A stretch of 32,501 nt of DNA from sequence record SRR20825019_934. One strand, written 5' to 3'. The notes beneath the pieces are model-generated. The model had not been told where the DNA came from, searched no databases, and worked only from the letters and a program-made list of their open reading frames with translations. Made by a program: the position numbers and the translations under genes. Positions 17,420-26,337 of the stretch are shown here, one piece after another; within the stretch, counting starts at the first letter, position 1, and every line of letters begins with the position of its first letter.

Positions 17420-19300
17420 TCAAAGGGACTGCGCGAGCAGGACCGAGGGTAGCGTTATCAGAAGGCGCGCGGTGTCTTTCGAGCAGGAGAAGGCGACATC
17501 GCCGCCAAAACTGCGGGCGCGTTTTGCCATGTTGGCGAGACCATGGCCCTTGCCCGGACAAGGGCTGCCGGTGACATCATTCTCAACGGTGATGATGGCT
17601 TCTCCGCTTTGATTGGCGGTGGCCGAAATCGATATATGCGTTGCCGGACCGTGTTTCACCGCGTTGGTGACGGCTTCCTGCAATATTCTCATGAGCGCGA
17701 GGGCGTTCGAGGGGGTGACGCCGGTGACGTCCGGCATTTCTTTGGTCAGCCAGTCGAGCCGGATCCCCATACGGTGCAATTGAGGGCCGGTCCGCTCGCG
17801 AAAGCTGGCCAGCGCAACGCGCAGATCCGTGTCGCTCAGATCGAGCGACTGGATGACCAGCCGCAGATCACCGAGAGCATCACAAGCGGTGGAGCGGATC
17901 GCGTCACGGTTAAACGGCTCTCTCTCCGCCTGTGCCATGATCGACACCAGATAGCCGCTCAACCCATCATGAAGGTCCTGCATCAGCCGGTCGCGCTCCC
18001 GCTCCAGTGTCATGCGGGTTGTGTTCCTGCGTTCTTTCTCGTGCAGCAGACCCAACTCGCTCTCTTGCTCGTCGAGCTTTCGTCTCAGGCGGGTGTTCGC
18101 GCTGTCAAGCTGGTTCAGGCTTTGCACCAGCCTGATGGTAATGATCAGAAGGGCGGCCAGGAGAGTGGCCATCTCGATATAGGGGGTGAGCATATGCGCG
18201 CCGTCGGTAATACCGAACAGCAGGCCGACATCGTGAAGCCCGAACAGCAGGCACAGCGCGAGCGGGATTGCGATAATGGCGGCGATCGGGTCTCTCGATC
18301 GACAATAATGCGCGATAGCGATCCACAGGGCCACGACCATGGCGGCAATGCTCAGAATGTTGCCGGTGGCCGTAATGACCGGTCCCGAGGCGACGCCGGC
18401 CCAATACGCCATGAGCAGTGTGATCGGCAAACCCAGGGCGATGTAGAGTGGTTTCCGGACGAACTTCCGGCCGGCCATTTCGAGCGTCAGGGCGACGGCG
18501 ATCAGAAGGGTGCCCAGTTGCAACGTTGCATAATAAAGTCGCGGCACTCCGGTTCCAGCAAGGGTGCAGACATATTGGGTGGCCGTCAGCGCGAGGCTGA
18601 AGGCCATGATCAGGCTGAACCAGCGGAAAAATCCATCCGCGGGCCGTAGCAGCGCGATCATGATGACGCTGATGGTAATGATCGCCTTGAGCAGAAGCGA
18701 GGTGAAACGCCACTGTTCGAAGACGAAATCATACAGTTTCTGGTAGGGCAGAAAGACGGAATACGAGGTCAGGTAAACCGGCGACAGATAGCTTGAGATC
18801 CAGCCATCGACACGGCTATGCAGGATCTGCAACTCGTTTTCACCCTCGCGAACCGCCGAGGGGTTGATGTTGAACACATAATAGTCGCCGAGGCGCGGTG
18901 AGGTGAGGAGCGAGACATCGCGCCGTTCAAGGCGCATTCCGTTCAGGCGAACGTTAATGGTCTGGCGCACCGCCGGCAGGAAAAGAACGGGGTGGTGGGC
19001 AGGGATCGCGTTCGATGTGAAATGGATCTTGTAAAGCGCATCGGTGCGCGATGTAGTCATCACGTGCGGGCGGGTGTGGGGAAGCGATATTTCCCGAGAC
19101 GGCGAACCGCCTTCTTCAAGAATCGCGGAACGCAGGACGACCGCATCGCGCGGCGTTGGCAGGGATAGAAAGAATGGCATAGCGCAGCAAACCGCGATGC
19201 CAATCAGGAAAAGCGCCGGGCGCAAAACAGACCATAATTCCAGGCCCGTGATCCCGGCCCGAAGCTTCTTCGCCAACAAAACCGTGGGACCTGCAGTCAA
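17420..19300 (-). CDS. Membrane sensor histidine kinase (HisKA_3 type) with extracytoplasmic domain and multi-TM region
   Basis: H-box ERDRLMQDLHDG, N-box QEAVTNAVKH, GHGLANM; about 7 hydrophobic segments follow a soluble domain (7TM-DISM-like layout). Confidence 0.88.
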   Translation of the reverse strand: MTAGPTVLLAKKLRAGITGLELWSVLRPALFLIGIAVCCAMPFFLSLPTPRDAVVLRSAILEEGGSPSREISLPHTRPHVMTTSRTDALYKIHFTSNAIPAHHPVLFLPAVRQTINVRLNGMRLERRDVSLLTSPRLGDYYVFNINPSAVREGENELQILHSRVDGWISSYLSPVYLTSYSVFLPYQKLYDFVFEQWRFTSLLLKAIITISVIMIALLRPADGFFRWFSLIMAFSLALTATQYVCTLAGTGVPRLYYATLQLGTLLIAVALTLEMAGRKFVRKPLYIALGLPITLLMAYWAGVASGPVITATGNILSIAAMVVALWIAIAHYCRSRDPIAAIIAIPLALCLLFGLHDVGLLFGITDGAHMLTPYIEMATLLAALLIITIRLVQSLNQLDSANTRLRRKLDEQESELGLLHEKERRNTTRMTLERERDRLMQDLHDGLSGYLVSIMAQAEREPFNRDAIRSTACDALGDLRLVIQSLDLSDTDLRVALASFRERTGPQLHRMGIRLDWLTKEMPDVTGVTPSNALALMRILQEAVTNAVKHGPATHISISATANQSGEAIITVENDVTGSPCPGKGHGLANMAKRARSFGGDVAFSCSKDTARLLITLPSVLLAQSL

Positions 19301-19965
19301 AATTGCATCAGTCCCTGCCGGGTTGCCTCAAAAACGGCCTCGGACCGGTTTGTGACCTGAAGCTTGCGATAGATATTGCGGATATGGACTGGCACGGTTT
19401 GTCTCGAGATGTGCAATTGCTGAGCGATTTCCGCATAGGTGAATCCTTTGGAAATCCCCCACAATATATCCATCTCTCGTGACGTCATACTGACGGCCGG
19501 CTCCCGCTTGCGGGTATCGGGCGATTGTTCGCAGAACTGTTTCACAAGGACGCGGGCGATCCGGGACGATATCGGCGAGTGCCCCGCCATCAGGCTCTCG
19601 ACAGCCTCGATCAGGTCCAGGCTGTCGGCATCCTTGAGCAGATAGCCCGAAGCCCCGGCGCCGATCGCCTCAAGCACGGACCTGTCGTCGGCAAGAACGG
19701 AAATGACCATAGACTCGGCCCGTGCATGCGTTTTGCGAAGCGCTCGGATCGCATCGAGACCGCTGCCATCGGGCAAGTTCAGGTCCGTGATCAGAAGATC
19801 GACTTCACCCCGCTCATAGGCCGCAAGCGTCTCCGCCAGGGTCGCACAGGAAGCGACGAGATCGCCGTCCTTCCAGCCGGTGATCAGGCTGGCCAGTCGC
19901 TCGCGCACCACGTCGTCATCCTCGCACAAAACGATCCGATAGGGTGCCAGAGAAGAACTCTCCAT
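19297..19965 (-). CDS. NarL/LuxR-family response regulator
   Basis: EDD, TDLNLPDGSG, GASGYLLK, TSREMDIL...VHIRNIYRKL; ORF extends to 20034, but ATG 19965 is more likely. Confidence 0.93.
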   Translation of the reverse strand: MESSSLAPYRIVLCEDDDVVRERLASLITGWKDGDLVASCATLAETLAAYERGEVDLLITDLNLPDGSGLDAIRALRKTHARAESMVISVLADDRSVLEAIGAGASGYLLKDADSLDLIEAVESLMAGHSPISSRIARVLVKQFCEQSPDTRKREPAVSMTSREMDILWGISKGFTYAEIAQQLHISRQTVPVHIRNIYRKLQVTNRSEAVFEATRQGLMQF

Positions 19966-20046
19966 TCCAGCCCGATGCGCTAGGTGCCACCCTGGCTGCG
20001 TTGGTGCAATCAGTCCTACTTTGTTTCTTGTCATGCGCGCCTGGGC

Positions 20047-20078
20047 AATACCATAAACATGGTATTTTGTAAGTTACA
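20047..20078. promoter_or_regulatory. Palindromes between the response regulator and the divergent small ORF
   Basis: Perfect AATACCAT-aaac-ATGGTATT (20047-20066) and TGTAA-g-TTACA (20068-20078). Confidence 0.55.
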
Positions 20079-20146
20079 TCGAACCTATAAGAACCTTTCA
20101 GCGCTTGAGAAAGATTTTCGAATCTTGAGCCAAAACGGGGATTGAA

Positions 20147-20410
20147 ATGCATTCCGCCACTGAAAGACGACGGGTTGAACCAGACCGAAGGCGTAAATCG
20201 CCGTCACGCATTTTTACGTGTCAATGCGGCCATCGTTTGCGTTTTGGTTCTACGACCTGCGGTAGCTGCTATCACATTACGCCATTCTACAATCGTCGCT
20301 GGCCCTATCTTATTTTATCTATAGTATTGGGTTTGCTCGGTGTAATGATAATGATATTAAGCGCATTGTTTCTTTATATGAAGGTTTCGGGATTTAGTAA
20401 TTTTATATAG
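20147..20410 (+). CDS. Small hypothetical protein: Cys-rich (zinc-ribbon-like) segment plus one TM helix
   Basis: 87 aa; CQCGH...CGSC followed by hydrophobic YLILSIVLGLLGVMIMILSALFLY; GGGG upstream of ATG. Confidence 0.55.
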   Translation: MHSATERRRVEPDRRRKSPSRIFTCQCGHRLRFGSTTCGSCYHITPFYNRRWPYLILSIVLGLLGVMIMILSALFLYMKVSGFSNFI

Positions 20411-20474
20411 TTTAATTTTACATAAACAAATATTAACTGACGTATAAATTTAAAATTCGGGCTCTGTTGTTGAT

Positions 20475-20990
20475 CATGCCGCTGTGATCTGCGACGGGGC
20501 CCGGCCCTCTTCCGGGCGCGCTGCATATCGAGTGGTCCATGACCCGGATATCGCGCGCTCAACTGCCCGGACCCTGGCGCATCGCGAGTGCCTGTTTGGT
20601 AAGTGGTGCCGCATGTTATCCTGCCTCAACCGTATTCGCCTATGCGCTGCTCGGGCTCGACGGCCGGAATATCGAAATCGCTGAAAATTCATCCCGGTGG
20701 AGTATCAGCCTGTCTGTCGCAATGCGCGGAGGCGATGTTCAATCTCCATATGGCGAAGCCCCGGCGGAAACTGATGTGCACTCTGCAGGCCGGCGTCCGT
20801 CACGTCATCGGCGGCGAGCGTACCGGCGGGCGTCGCGAATTTCCGGCGCGTCGTCATCCCACCGGAGCGGAAGCGCCGAGGGTTTCAACAGTCGGGGTAT
20901 TTCGGCCAGCCTGGCAATATGCCGCCTGAGCGCCGTGCGAAAGCGCTTCAAAAGGACTATGTATGGCGGCCAGATTTCGCGCCAGTCTCA
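20475..20990 (+). pseudogene. Probable degraded gene remnant, unidentified
   Basis: GC3-rich, coding-like stretches switch between + frames (LPGALHIEWS..FAYALLGLDGRNIE; AEAMFNLHMAKP..HVIGGE; GVANFRRVVIP); no intact plausible ORF. Confidence 0.3.
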
Positions 20991-20999
20991 TACCAAGGC

Positions 21000-21740
21000 T
21001 CAGTGCACCCCGGTAATCATGGCGATGATCTCGTTCTTGTCGGTTTCGGCGGTGTTGCGCACTCCGATCTGCTTTCCCCGGCGCAGCACGCAGATGCGAT
21101 CGGAGAGCTTGAAGACCTGATCGAGGCTGTGGCTGACGATCAGGATGCCGATATCGCGCTTCTTCAGCGTCTGGACGATTTCCTCGACCTTGGCGGTTTC
21201 GGCGACGCCGAGTGCTGCCGTCGGTTCATCGAGCAGGACGAGCTTGCTGGCCCAGTGCGTGGCGCGGGCGATTGCAACGCCCTGCCGCTGGCCGCCGGAG
21301 AGGTCGCGGATCGTGGCATGCGCGGACGGGATGCGGACGTCCAGTTCCTTCACCAGCATTTCGGTTTCCGCGATCATCTTCCTGCGGTCGAGCAGGCCGA
21401 GCGCATTGACGGGTTCGCGCCCGAGAAACATGTTCATGTAGACGGTCTGCTGGTCGGCAAGAGCGAGGTCCTGGTAAACGACCTCGATCCCGTGGCCGCG
21501 CGCCATCGTGGCATTCGCCATCGTGACAGGCCTGCCATCGATCATGATTGTGCCTGAGGTCGGCGCATGGACACCGGAGATGATCTTGATCAGGGTCGAT
21601 TTCCCCGCTCCGTTATCGCCGACCAGCGCGACAATTTCGCCGGGATGAACCGCGAGTGAAAAATTCTCGATGGCGACTACGGCGTCGAAACTCTTGTGAA
21701 TGTCCCGGAGTTCGAGAACCGGCTGTTCAGTTGGCATCAC
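21000..21740 (-). CDS. Sugar-type ABC transporter ATP-binding protein (single NBD)
   Basis: GDNGAGKST, LSGGQRQ, LDEPTAALG; RBS AGGAG. Confidence 0.93.
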   Translation of the reverse strand: MMPTEQPVLELRDIHKSFDAVVAIENFSLAVHPGEIVALVGDNGAGKSTLIKIISGVHAPTSGTIMIDGRPVTMANATMARGHGIEVVYQDLALADQQTVYMNMFLGREPVNALGLLDRRKMIAETEMLVKELDVRIPSAHATIRDLSGGQRQGVAIARATHWASKLVLLDEPTAALGVAETAKVEEIVQTLKKRDIGILIVSHSLDQVFKLSDRICVLRRGKQIGVRNTAETDKNEIIAMITGVH

Positions 21741-21746
21741 GTTCTC

Positions 21747-22946
21747 CTAAAGCGGCCAGGCGGCGGTCTCGCCATTGGTATATTCGATGGTCTCGACCTC
21801 CGGCGCGCCGCTGGAAATGCCGGAGACGCCGACGACATAGGCGCGGGTGACGAAGGCCTGTCCGCGAAAGCCGAAAATCGCGGTGTCGCCGGGCTTCGGC
21901 GCGGCGGGTCCGGTAGCGTCGATCATGGCGTAATAGTCGATCATCGACGGCGGCGGCACCTCGACGCTTAGCAGCGACGACGCGGTGGTTGTCGGCTCGG
22001 CGGAGACGATGGCTTTGACATCATAGTCCGGGAAGATCGGATCGATGTAGAAGCCGCCGCCGAAAGCATAGGCCTTGCCGCCCGAAAGGTGCGAGACCTC
22101 GGTGAGATAGAGCATGGCGGGACGCTCCGGCAGTTCTTCGACGACATGGAGCGCGGTCGTCCCATGAAGGCCATTGCCGGGTTCCACCTGGGTAGCGCCA
22201 GCCTCGGCCAGTGCTGCAAGCACGACGCTCGACGTCGTGCCGGGCGCGTTGACCTCGATATCGCGTCGGCCGCTTCTGGCGAGCGCCTCGGCGGCCTTTG
22301 CAAGCGTCGCGAGGTTTTTCGTCGGCAGGACCTTGCGACTTTCGTGATCGTAGAGCAGGGCGGGGAAGGTGGCGATACCGGCGAAACGACCGCCATCCAA
22401 ACGGTCCAGCATATCGGCGACATCGGTCACGTCACGCGCTGCAAAACCGCCTTCGTGGCCGCGGTAGAAGGTGTCTCCCTCGGCATGGATGCGGGCGAGA
22501 AGGTTCTGCGTGCGGCCCGCCTTTGCCGATGCTGAAGCCGCTTCCCGTGCCTTTTCGGCGTTGAAAACGGTCCAGTAATCGGGGGCGAGGGTTGTGGCGG
22601 CGGCTTCCGCCTCTGCGCGGGCGATCTGCTGCAGGTGTCCCAGATGGCCTACCTTCATGCCGGCCTTGTGGGTCGCGCGGGCGCAGGCCATGTCGACGGC
22701 GACCGAGCGCTCGATACCGCCGCGCATGATCGCCTTGCAGGCAGAGCTTGCGCGGCCGAATTGCTTGGTCATGGCGAATATTTTCAGGCCGTGACGATCG
22801 GCTTCCGATTTCAGGAGGCGCGCGTTCGCCTCGAGCGTGTCGAGATCGATGACATAGGCGTTCGCCGGGATACTTCCCGCCTGATGGAGCGTCTGGGCAG
22901 CCTCGATGAAGGCGGGGTTTCGGTTGCGAAGGCTTTCAAGAAACAT
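21747..22946 (-). CDS. YhfX-family PLP-dependent enzyme (alanine racemase-like, fold type III)
   Basis: MFLESLRNRNP, PLP Lys in AMTKQFGR, GHLQQI, YRGHEGGF, EPGNGLHGT, FRGQAFVTR, as recalled for E. coli YhfX. Confidence 0.88.
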   Translation of the reverse strand: MFLESLRNRNPAFIEAAQTLHQAGSIPANAYVIDLDTLEANARLLKSEADRHGLKIFAMTKQFGRASSACKAIMRGGIERSVAVDMACARATHKAGMKVGHLGHLQQIARAEAEAAATTLAPDYWTVFNAEKAREAASASAKAGRTQNLLARIHAEGDTFYRGHEGGFAARDVTDVADMLDRLDGGRFAGIATFPALLYDHESRKVLPTKNLATLAKAAEALARSGRRDIEVNAPGTTSSVVLAALAEAGATQVEPGNGLHGTTALHVVEELPERPAMLYLTEVSHLSGGKAYAFGGGFYIDPIFPDYDVKAIVSAEPTTTASSLLSVEVPPPSMIDYYAMIDATGPAAPKPGDTAIFGFRGQAFVTRAYVVGVSGISSGAPEVETIEYTNGETAAWPL

Positions 22947-22956
22947 CTGTCGCTCC

Positions 22957-23919
22957 TTATCTGGATTTGTCGCGCAGCGAGACGGAAACGGCGGCGAGGA
23001 TGATCAACCCGCGCACGATCATCTGGTCGGAGACCGACAGGCCCATCAGGATAAGGCCGTTGTTGAGCATGCCCATCATCAGTGAACCGACGAGCGCGCC
23101 GATGACCGAGCCCTTGCCGCCGCTCAAAAGCGTGCCGCCGACGATGACGGCGGCGATGACGGTCATGAGATCGGTCTCGCCAAGCGTATATTTGGCGGCC
23201 TGCAGGCGGCCGGCATAAAGCAGCCCGGCGAGGCCTGCGAGGCCGCCCGAGATCATCAGCACGGCCAGCCGCATGCGGGTGACGCTGATGCCGGAGACGC
23301 TGGCCGCGCGGGCATTGTCGCCGAGCGCCAGCACATGCGCGCCGAACCGGGTTTGCCGATAGATGATATGTCCGAAGCCGACGGCAATCACGACCCACCA
23401 GATCAGCGATGGGATGCCGAGGAGCGAACCGGAGCCGAAAAAGCCGGTGAAGGCCTCGTTGATCACGGGAATGCTGCGCAGATTGGTCATGGAGCGGGAG
23501 ACGCCGGCAAACAGCCCCATCGTCGCGAGCGTGACCAGGAACGAGGGCAGCCGGACATAGGCGACCAGCACGCCGTTGATGAAGCCGATCAGAAGCCCTG
23601 CGGCAAGTCCTGCGGCGATGCCCGCCGCAAGGCCGTAGCTGGAGAGCGTCACCGCCGCCGCCAGCGCCGAGACCGCAACCGTGGAACCGATCGAAAGATC
23701 GATCTCGCCGGCTGAGAGAACGAAAACCAGCCCGATCGCCATGATCGTGATCGGGGTGGTCTGCAGCACGATGTTCGTCAGGTTGCGCACCGTCAGAAAA
23801 CCGCTGTCCTTCAGGACGATGGCGAAGAACAGGAAGATCGCCACGAAGCCGACATAGACCACATAGTGTTTGAGGTTCGCATAGCTTGCCAACCGGGGCT
23901 TTGCCGTTGCGTGGGACAT
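22957..23919 (-). CDS. Sugar-type ABC transporter permease (RbsC family)
   Basis: GEIDLSIG, LPSFLVTL, IAAVIVGGTLLSGGKG. Confidence 0.93.
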   Translation of the reverse strand: MSHATAKPRLASYANLKHYVVYVGFVAIFLFFAIVLKDSGFLTVRNLTNIVLQTTPITIMAIGLVFVLSAGEIDLSIGSTVAVSALAAAVTLSSYGLAAGIAAGLAAGLLIGFINGVLVAYVRLPSFLVTLATMGLFAGVSRSMTNLRSIPVINEAFTGFFGSGSLLGIPSLIWWVVIAVGFGHIIYRQTRFGAHVLALGDNARAASVSGISVTRMRLAVLMISGGLAGLAGLLYAGRLQAAKYTLGETDLMTVIAAVIVGGTLLSGGKGSVIGALVGSLMMGMLNNGLILMGLSVSDQMIVRGLIILAAVSVSLRDKSR

Positions 23920-23961
23920 TCCGGTTCTCCTTGCATTGTCATCGTGTCATCGCGTCGGCGG

Positions 23962-23985
23962 GAGCGGCGGCCGGGGCCGCCGCTC
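23962..23985 (-). other. Intercistronic hairpin after the binding-protein gene
   Basis: Perfect inverted repeat GAGCGGCGGCC-gg-GGCCGCCGCTC; no U-tract. Confidence 0.6.
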
Positions 23986-23989
23986 ATGC

Positions 23990-25051
23990 TTATTTTGCGG
24001 CGTCGAGCACGGATTTCGGCGCGTCGCGGTTCAGCGATTCCTGCCAGCCTTCGGCGACATTGTCCGCGGTGACGGTGAGCGCCGGCGCCACGATGAACGG
24101 CGGCACGTCCTCACCGGCGAGCGACTTCATTCCGGCGGCGGCCATCGCCCGGCCGAGTTCATAGGCCTTGTCGGCAACGAGCGCGGTCACATTGCCGCCG
24201 CGCACCATGTCGAGCGCCACGGGTTCGGCAAGATCGAGCGTGACAATTTTGGTGGTCTTGTTGCCGTTTGCGCGCAATGCGGCGAGAACGCCATCGGCGG
24301 GCTCTGCCCAGGTCACGTAAATGCCGTCGAGATCGGGGTTCTTCAGCAGCATCGCATTGGCCAGTTCCTCGGCGCGGGCCGGGTCTGAAATGCCCTGCTC
24401 GGCGGTGATCTGGATATCGGGATAATCCTGCTCGATCGTCGATTTGAACGCCTGGTCGCGCTGGTTGGTGACGTAGTAGCTGGCGTCGTGGAAAATATAG
24501 CCGACCTTGCCGCTGCCGCCGATGCCGCTGGCAAGCGCATCGGCCGCCTGCTTGCCCATCTGATAGAGGTCGTCGGTCACGATCGCGGCATAATCCGTGC
24601 CGTGTTCGTAGCCTGCCGGAAGATTGGACAGGAAGACCAGTTCCGTTCCATCGGCAATCGCCTGACGGAAGGCTTCCGCCGAGGTGGTGGGGTCGAGCGG
24701 CAGCGCGAGGATGATGTTCGGCCTGGCGGCAAGTGCCGTCTCGATGTCGCTGCGCTGCTTGGCGGGATCGAAGCCCGCATCGGTTTCGACCACCACATCG
24801 ATGCCGGCCTTGGCGAGTTCATCCTTGGCGCCGGCCGAAACCGCGTTGATGAAATCGGAGGATGTGTGCCAAAGGAGTGCTGCCTTGTAGCCCTTGCCGG
24901 AAAGTGCGGCAAGGTCGCTGTCCGACTGCGTGATGTCCTGGCTGGGCGTTGCCGTTTCACCGGACGGGCCCACGGTCTGGGCCTCGGCGGCGATCGCCCA
25001 GAGCAATGCGGTGCCTGCGACCGCCGCGATGGAAATGGATTTCGGTATCAT
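23990..25051 (-). CDS. Sugar-type ABC transporter substrate-binding protein (RbsB-like)
   Basis: Signal peptide MIPKSISIAAVAGTALLWAIAAEA; type I periplasmic binding fold features; RBS AAGGGGA. Confidence 0.9.
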   Translation of the reverse strand: MIPKSISIAAVAGTALLWAIAAEAQTVGPSGETATPSQDITQSDSDLAALSGKGYKAALLWHTSSDFINAVSAGAKDELAKAGIDVVVETDAGFDPAKQRSDIETALAARPNIILALPLDPTTSAEAFRQAIADGTELVFLSNLPAGYEHGTDYAAIVTDDLYQMGKQAADALASGIGGSGKVGYIFHDASYYVTNQRDQAFKSTIEQDYPDIQITAEQGISDPARAEELANAMLLKNPDLDGIYVTWAEPADGVLAALRANGNKTTKIVTLDLAEPVALDMVRGGNVTALVADKAYELGRAMAAAGMKSLAGEDVPPFIVAPALTVTADNVAEGWQESLNRDAPKSVLDAAK

Positions 25052-25083
25052 GTTCAGGTTCCCCTTTTCTCGGTTGAACAATT

Positions 25084-26337
25084 TCATTCGGCAACACCGC
25101 AATAGCGCACCATGAACGTGGCGAAAGCCACGATGCCGGCGAGGTATTCATCGATGTCGACGTGTTCCTGGAATGTGTGGCAATTGCGGATGTCGCCCGG
25201 CGCGCAATAGACCGCTGGTATTCCCAGCCGGTTGACCAGGAATGGCGTTTCCGACCAGAACGGCGCGCCTTCAAGCCTGCCGCGACCGGCCATTGCTCCG
25301 CTCACGCAGCTTTTCAGAAGGTCGACCTCCGGCAGGCTGGTCGCGATTTCCGCAGCGGAGCCGCCAAGCGGATGGTCGCGGCCGGCGGGATAGCTGATCT
25401 CCACGCCGATCTCGGGATCGGAGATCGCGCCGCGGATGACGGCCTCCATCTGCCGGGCGGCGTCATCCAGCGATTCACCCGGAAGCAGCTTGCGGATCAG
25501 CGACAGCTTGCAGGTTTCGGGAACAGCGATGAAACCGCCGCCGCTAAGCCCGGTGATCAGCAGAAAGCCCTTGCCGACGAGATCATGCGATGTCCTTGCC
25601 GAGGTCTCGTCCGAATGCGCCCAGAGAGCCGACATCACCGCGTGGCTCGCCTTGAGCGCGTCCTTGCCGAGTTCGGGCACGCCGAAATAGGCGGACCGGC
25701 CGGTGATCGTGATATCGGCGATGAAGAAGCCGATCTGCGCCGTGTAGATCGAAAGCTGGGTCGGCTCGACATAGACCGCGAAATCGGGCCTTGCGATGTC
25801 GCCGGCTTCGACCCGGTCGGTATAGGCCTTGATGCCGGCGGAGACCCCGGTTCCGTCCTCGCCGCTTTCCTCGTCGCCGACAAAGGCGAAGGCGACATCG
25901 CCGCGAAGCGCGATCCCGGCCGTGTCCAGAAGCGAGAGCGCCGCGAGTGCACTGCATATGCCGCCCTTCAGATCGCCCGCGCCGCGTCCCCATATGGCGT
26001 TGTCGACAATGGCGCCGGAAAACGGGTCCTCGCGCTCGGTGCCGGCCCAGTGCTCTTTCCAGCCGTCGACGTGGACGGTGTCGGTGTGGCCGATGAACAG
26101 GAGCCTGTTGCCGCCACCAGTACCCTTGCGTTCACCCCAGATATTGGGGCGGCCGGGCAGGAAGTCGGCGCGATGGAGGTCCGTTATGGTGCGGGCCGAC
26201 ATTTCGTCGCCCAGCAGGTCGACGAAATTGGCTTCGCGGCCGGTGATGCTTTCGCGCCCGATCGCCCGGCGCAGCAAGCCGATCGCGTCGTCGCGGTCGA
26301 GAGAGGTCCTCAGTCTTTCGGTTAGGGTGTCGGTCAT
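25084..26337 (-). CDS. M20-family metallo-amidohydrolase (ArgE/DapE-like deacylase)
   Basis: GHTDTV, GRGAGDLKGG, GDEES, VEPT, C-terminal CHTFQE. Confidence 0.92.
   Translation of the reverse strand: MTDTLTERLRTSLDRDDAIGLLRRAIGRESITGREANFVDLLGDEMSARTITDLHRADFLPGRPNIWGERKGTGGGNRLLFIGHTDTVHVDGWKEHWAGTEREDPFSGAIVDNAIWGRGAGDLKGGICSALAALSLLDTAGIALRGDVAFAFVGDEESGEDGTGVSAGIKAYTDRVEAGDIARPDFAVYVEPTQLSIYTAQIGFFIADITITGRSAYFGVPELGKDALKASHAVMSALWAHSDETSARTSHDLVGKGFLLITGLSGGGFIAVPETCKLSLIRKLLPGESLDDAARQMEAVIRGAISDPEIGVEISYPAGRDHPLGGSAAEIATSLPEVDLLKSCVSGAMAGRGRLEGAPFWSETPFLVNRLGIPAVYCAPGDIRNCHTFQEHVDIDEYLAGIVAFATFMVRYCGVAE

Noticed and set aside
20539-21120. 193-aa plus-strand ORF as an intact gene
   Set aside because: Low-complexity Arg/Ser-rich second half overlapping the ABC ATPase; better treated as a remnant.
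21747-22946. Calling this gene alr (housekeeping alanine racemase)
   Set aside because: Lacks the AVVKANAYGHG motif; matches the YhfX type.
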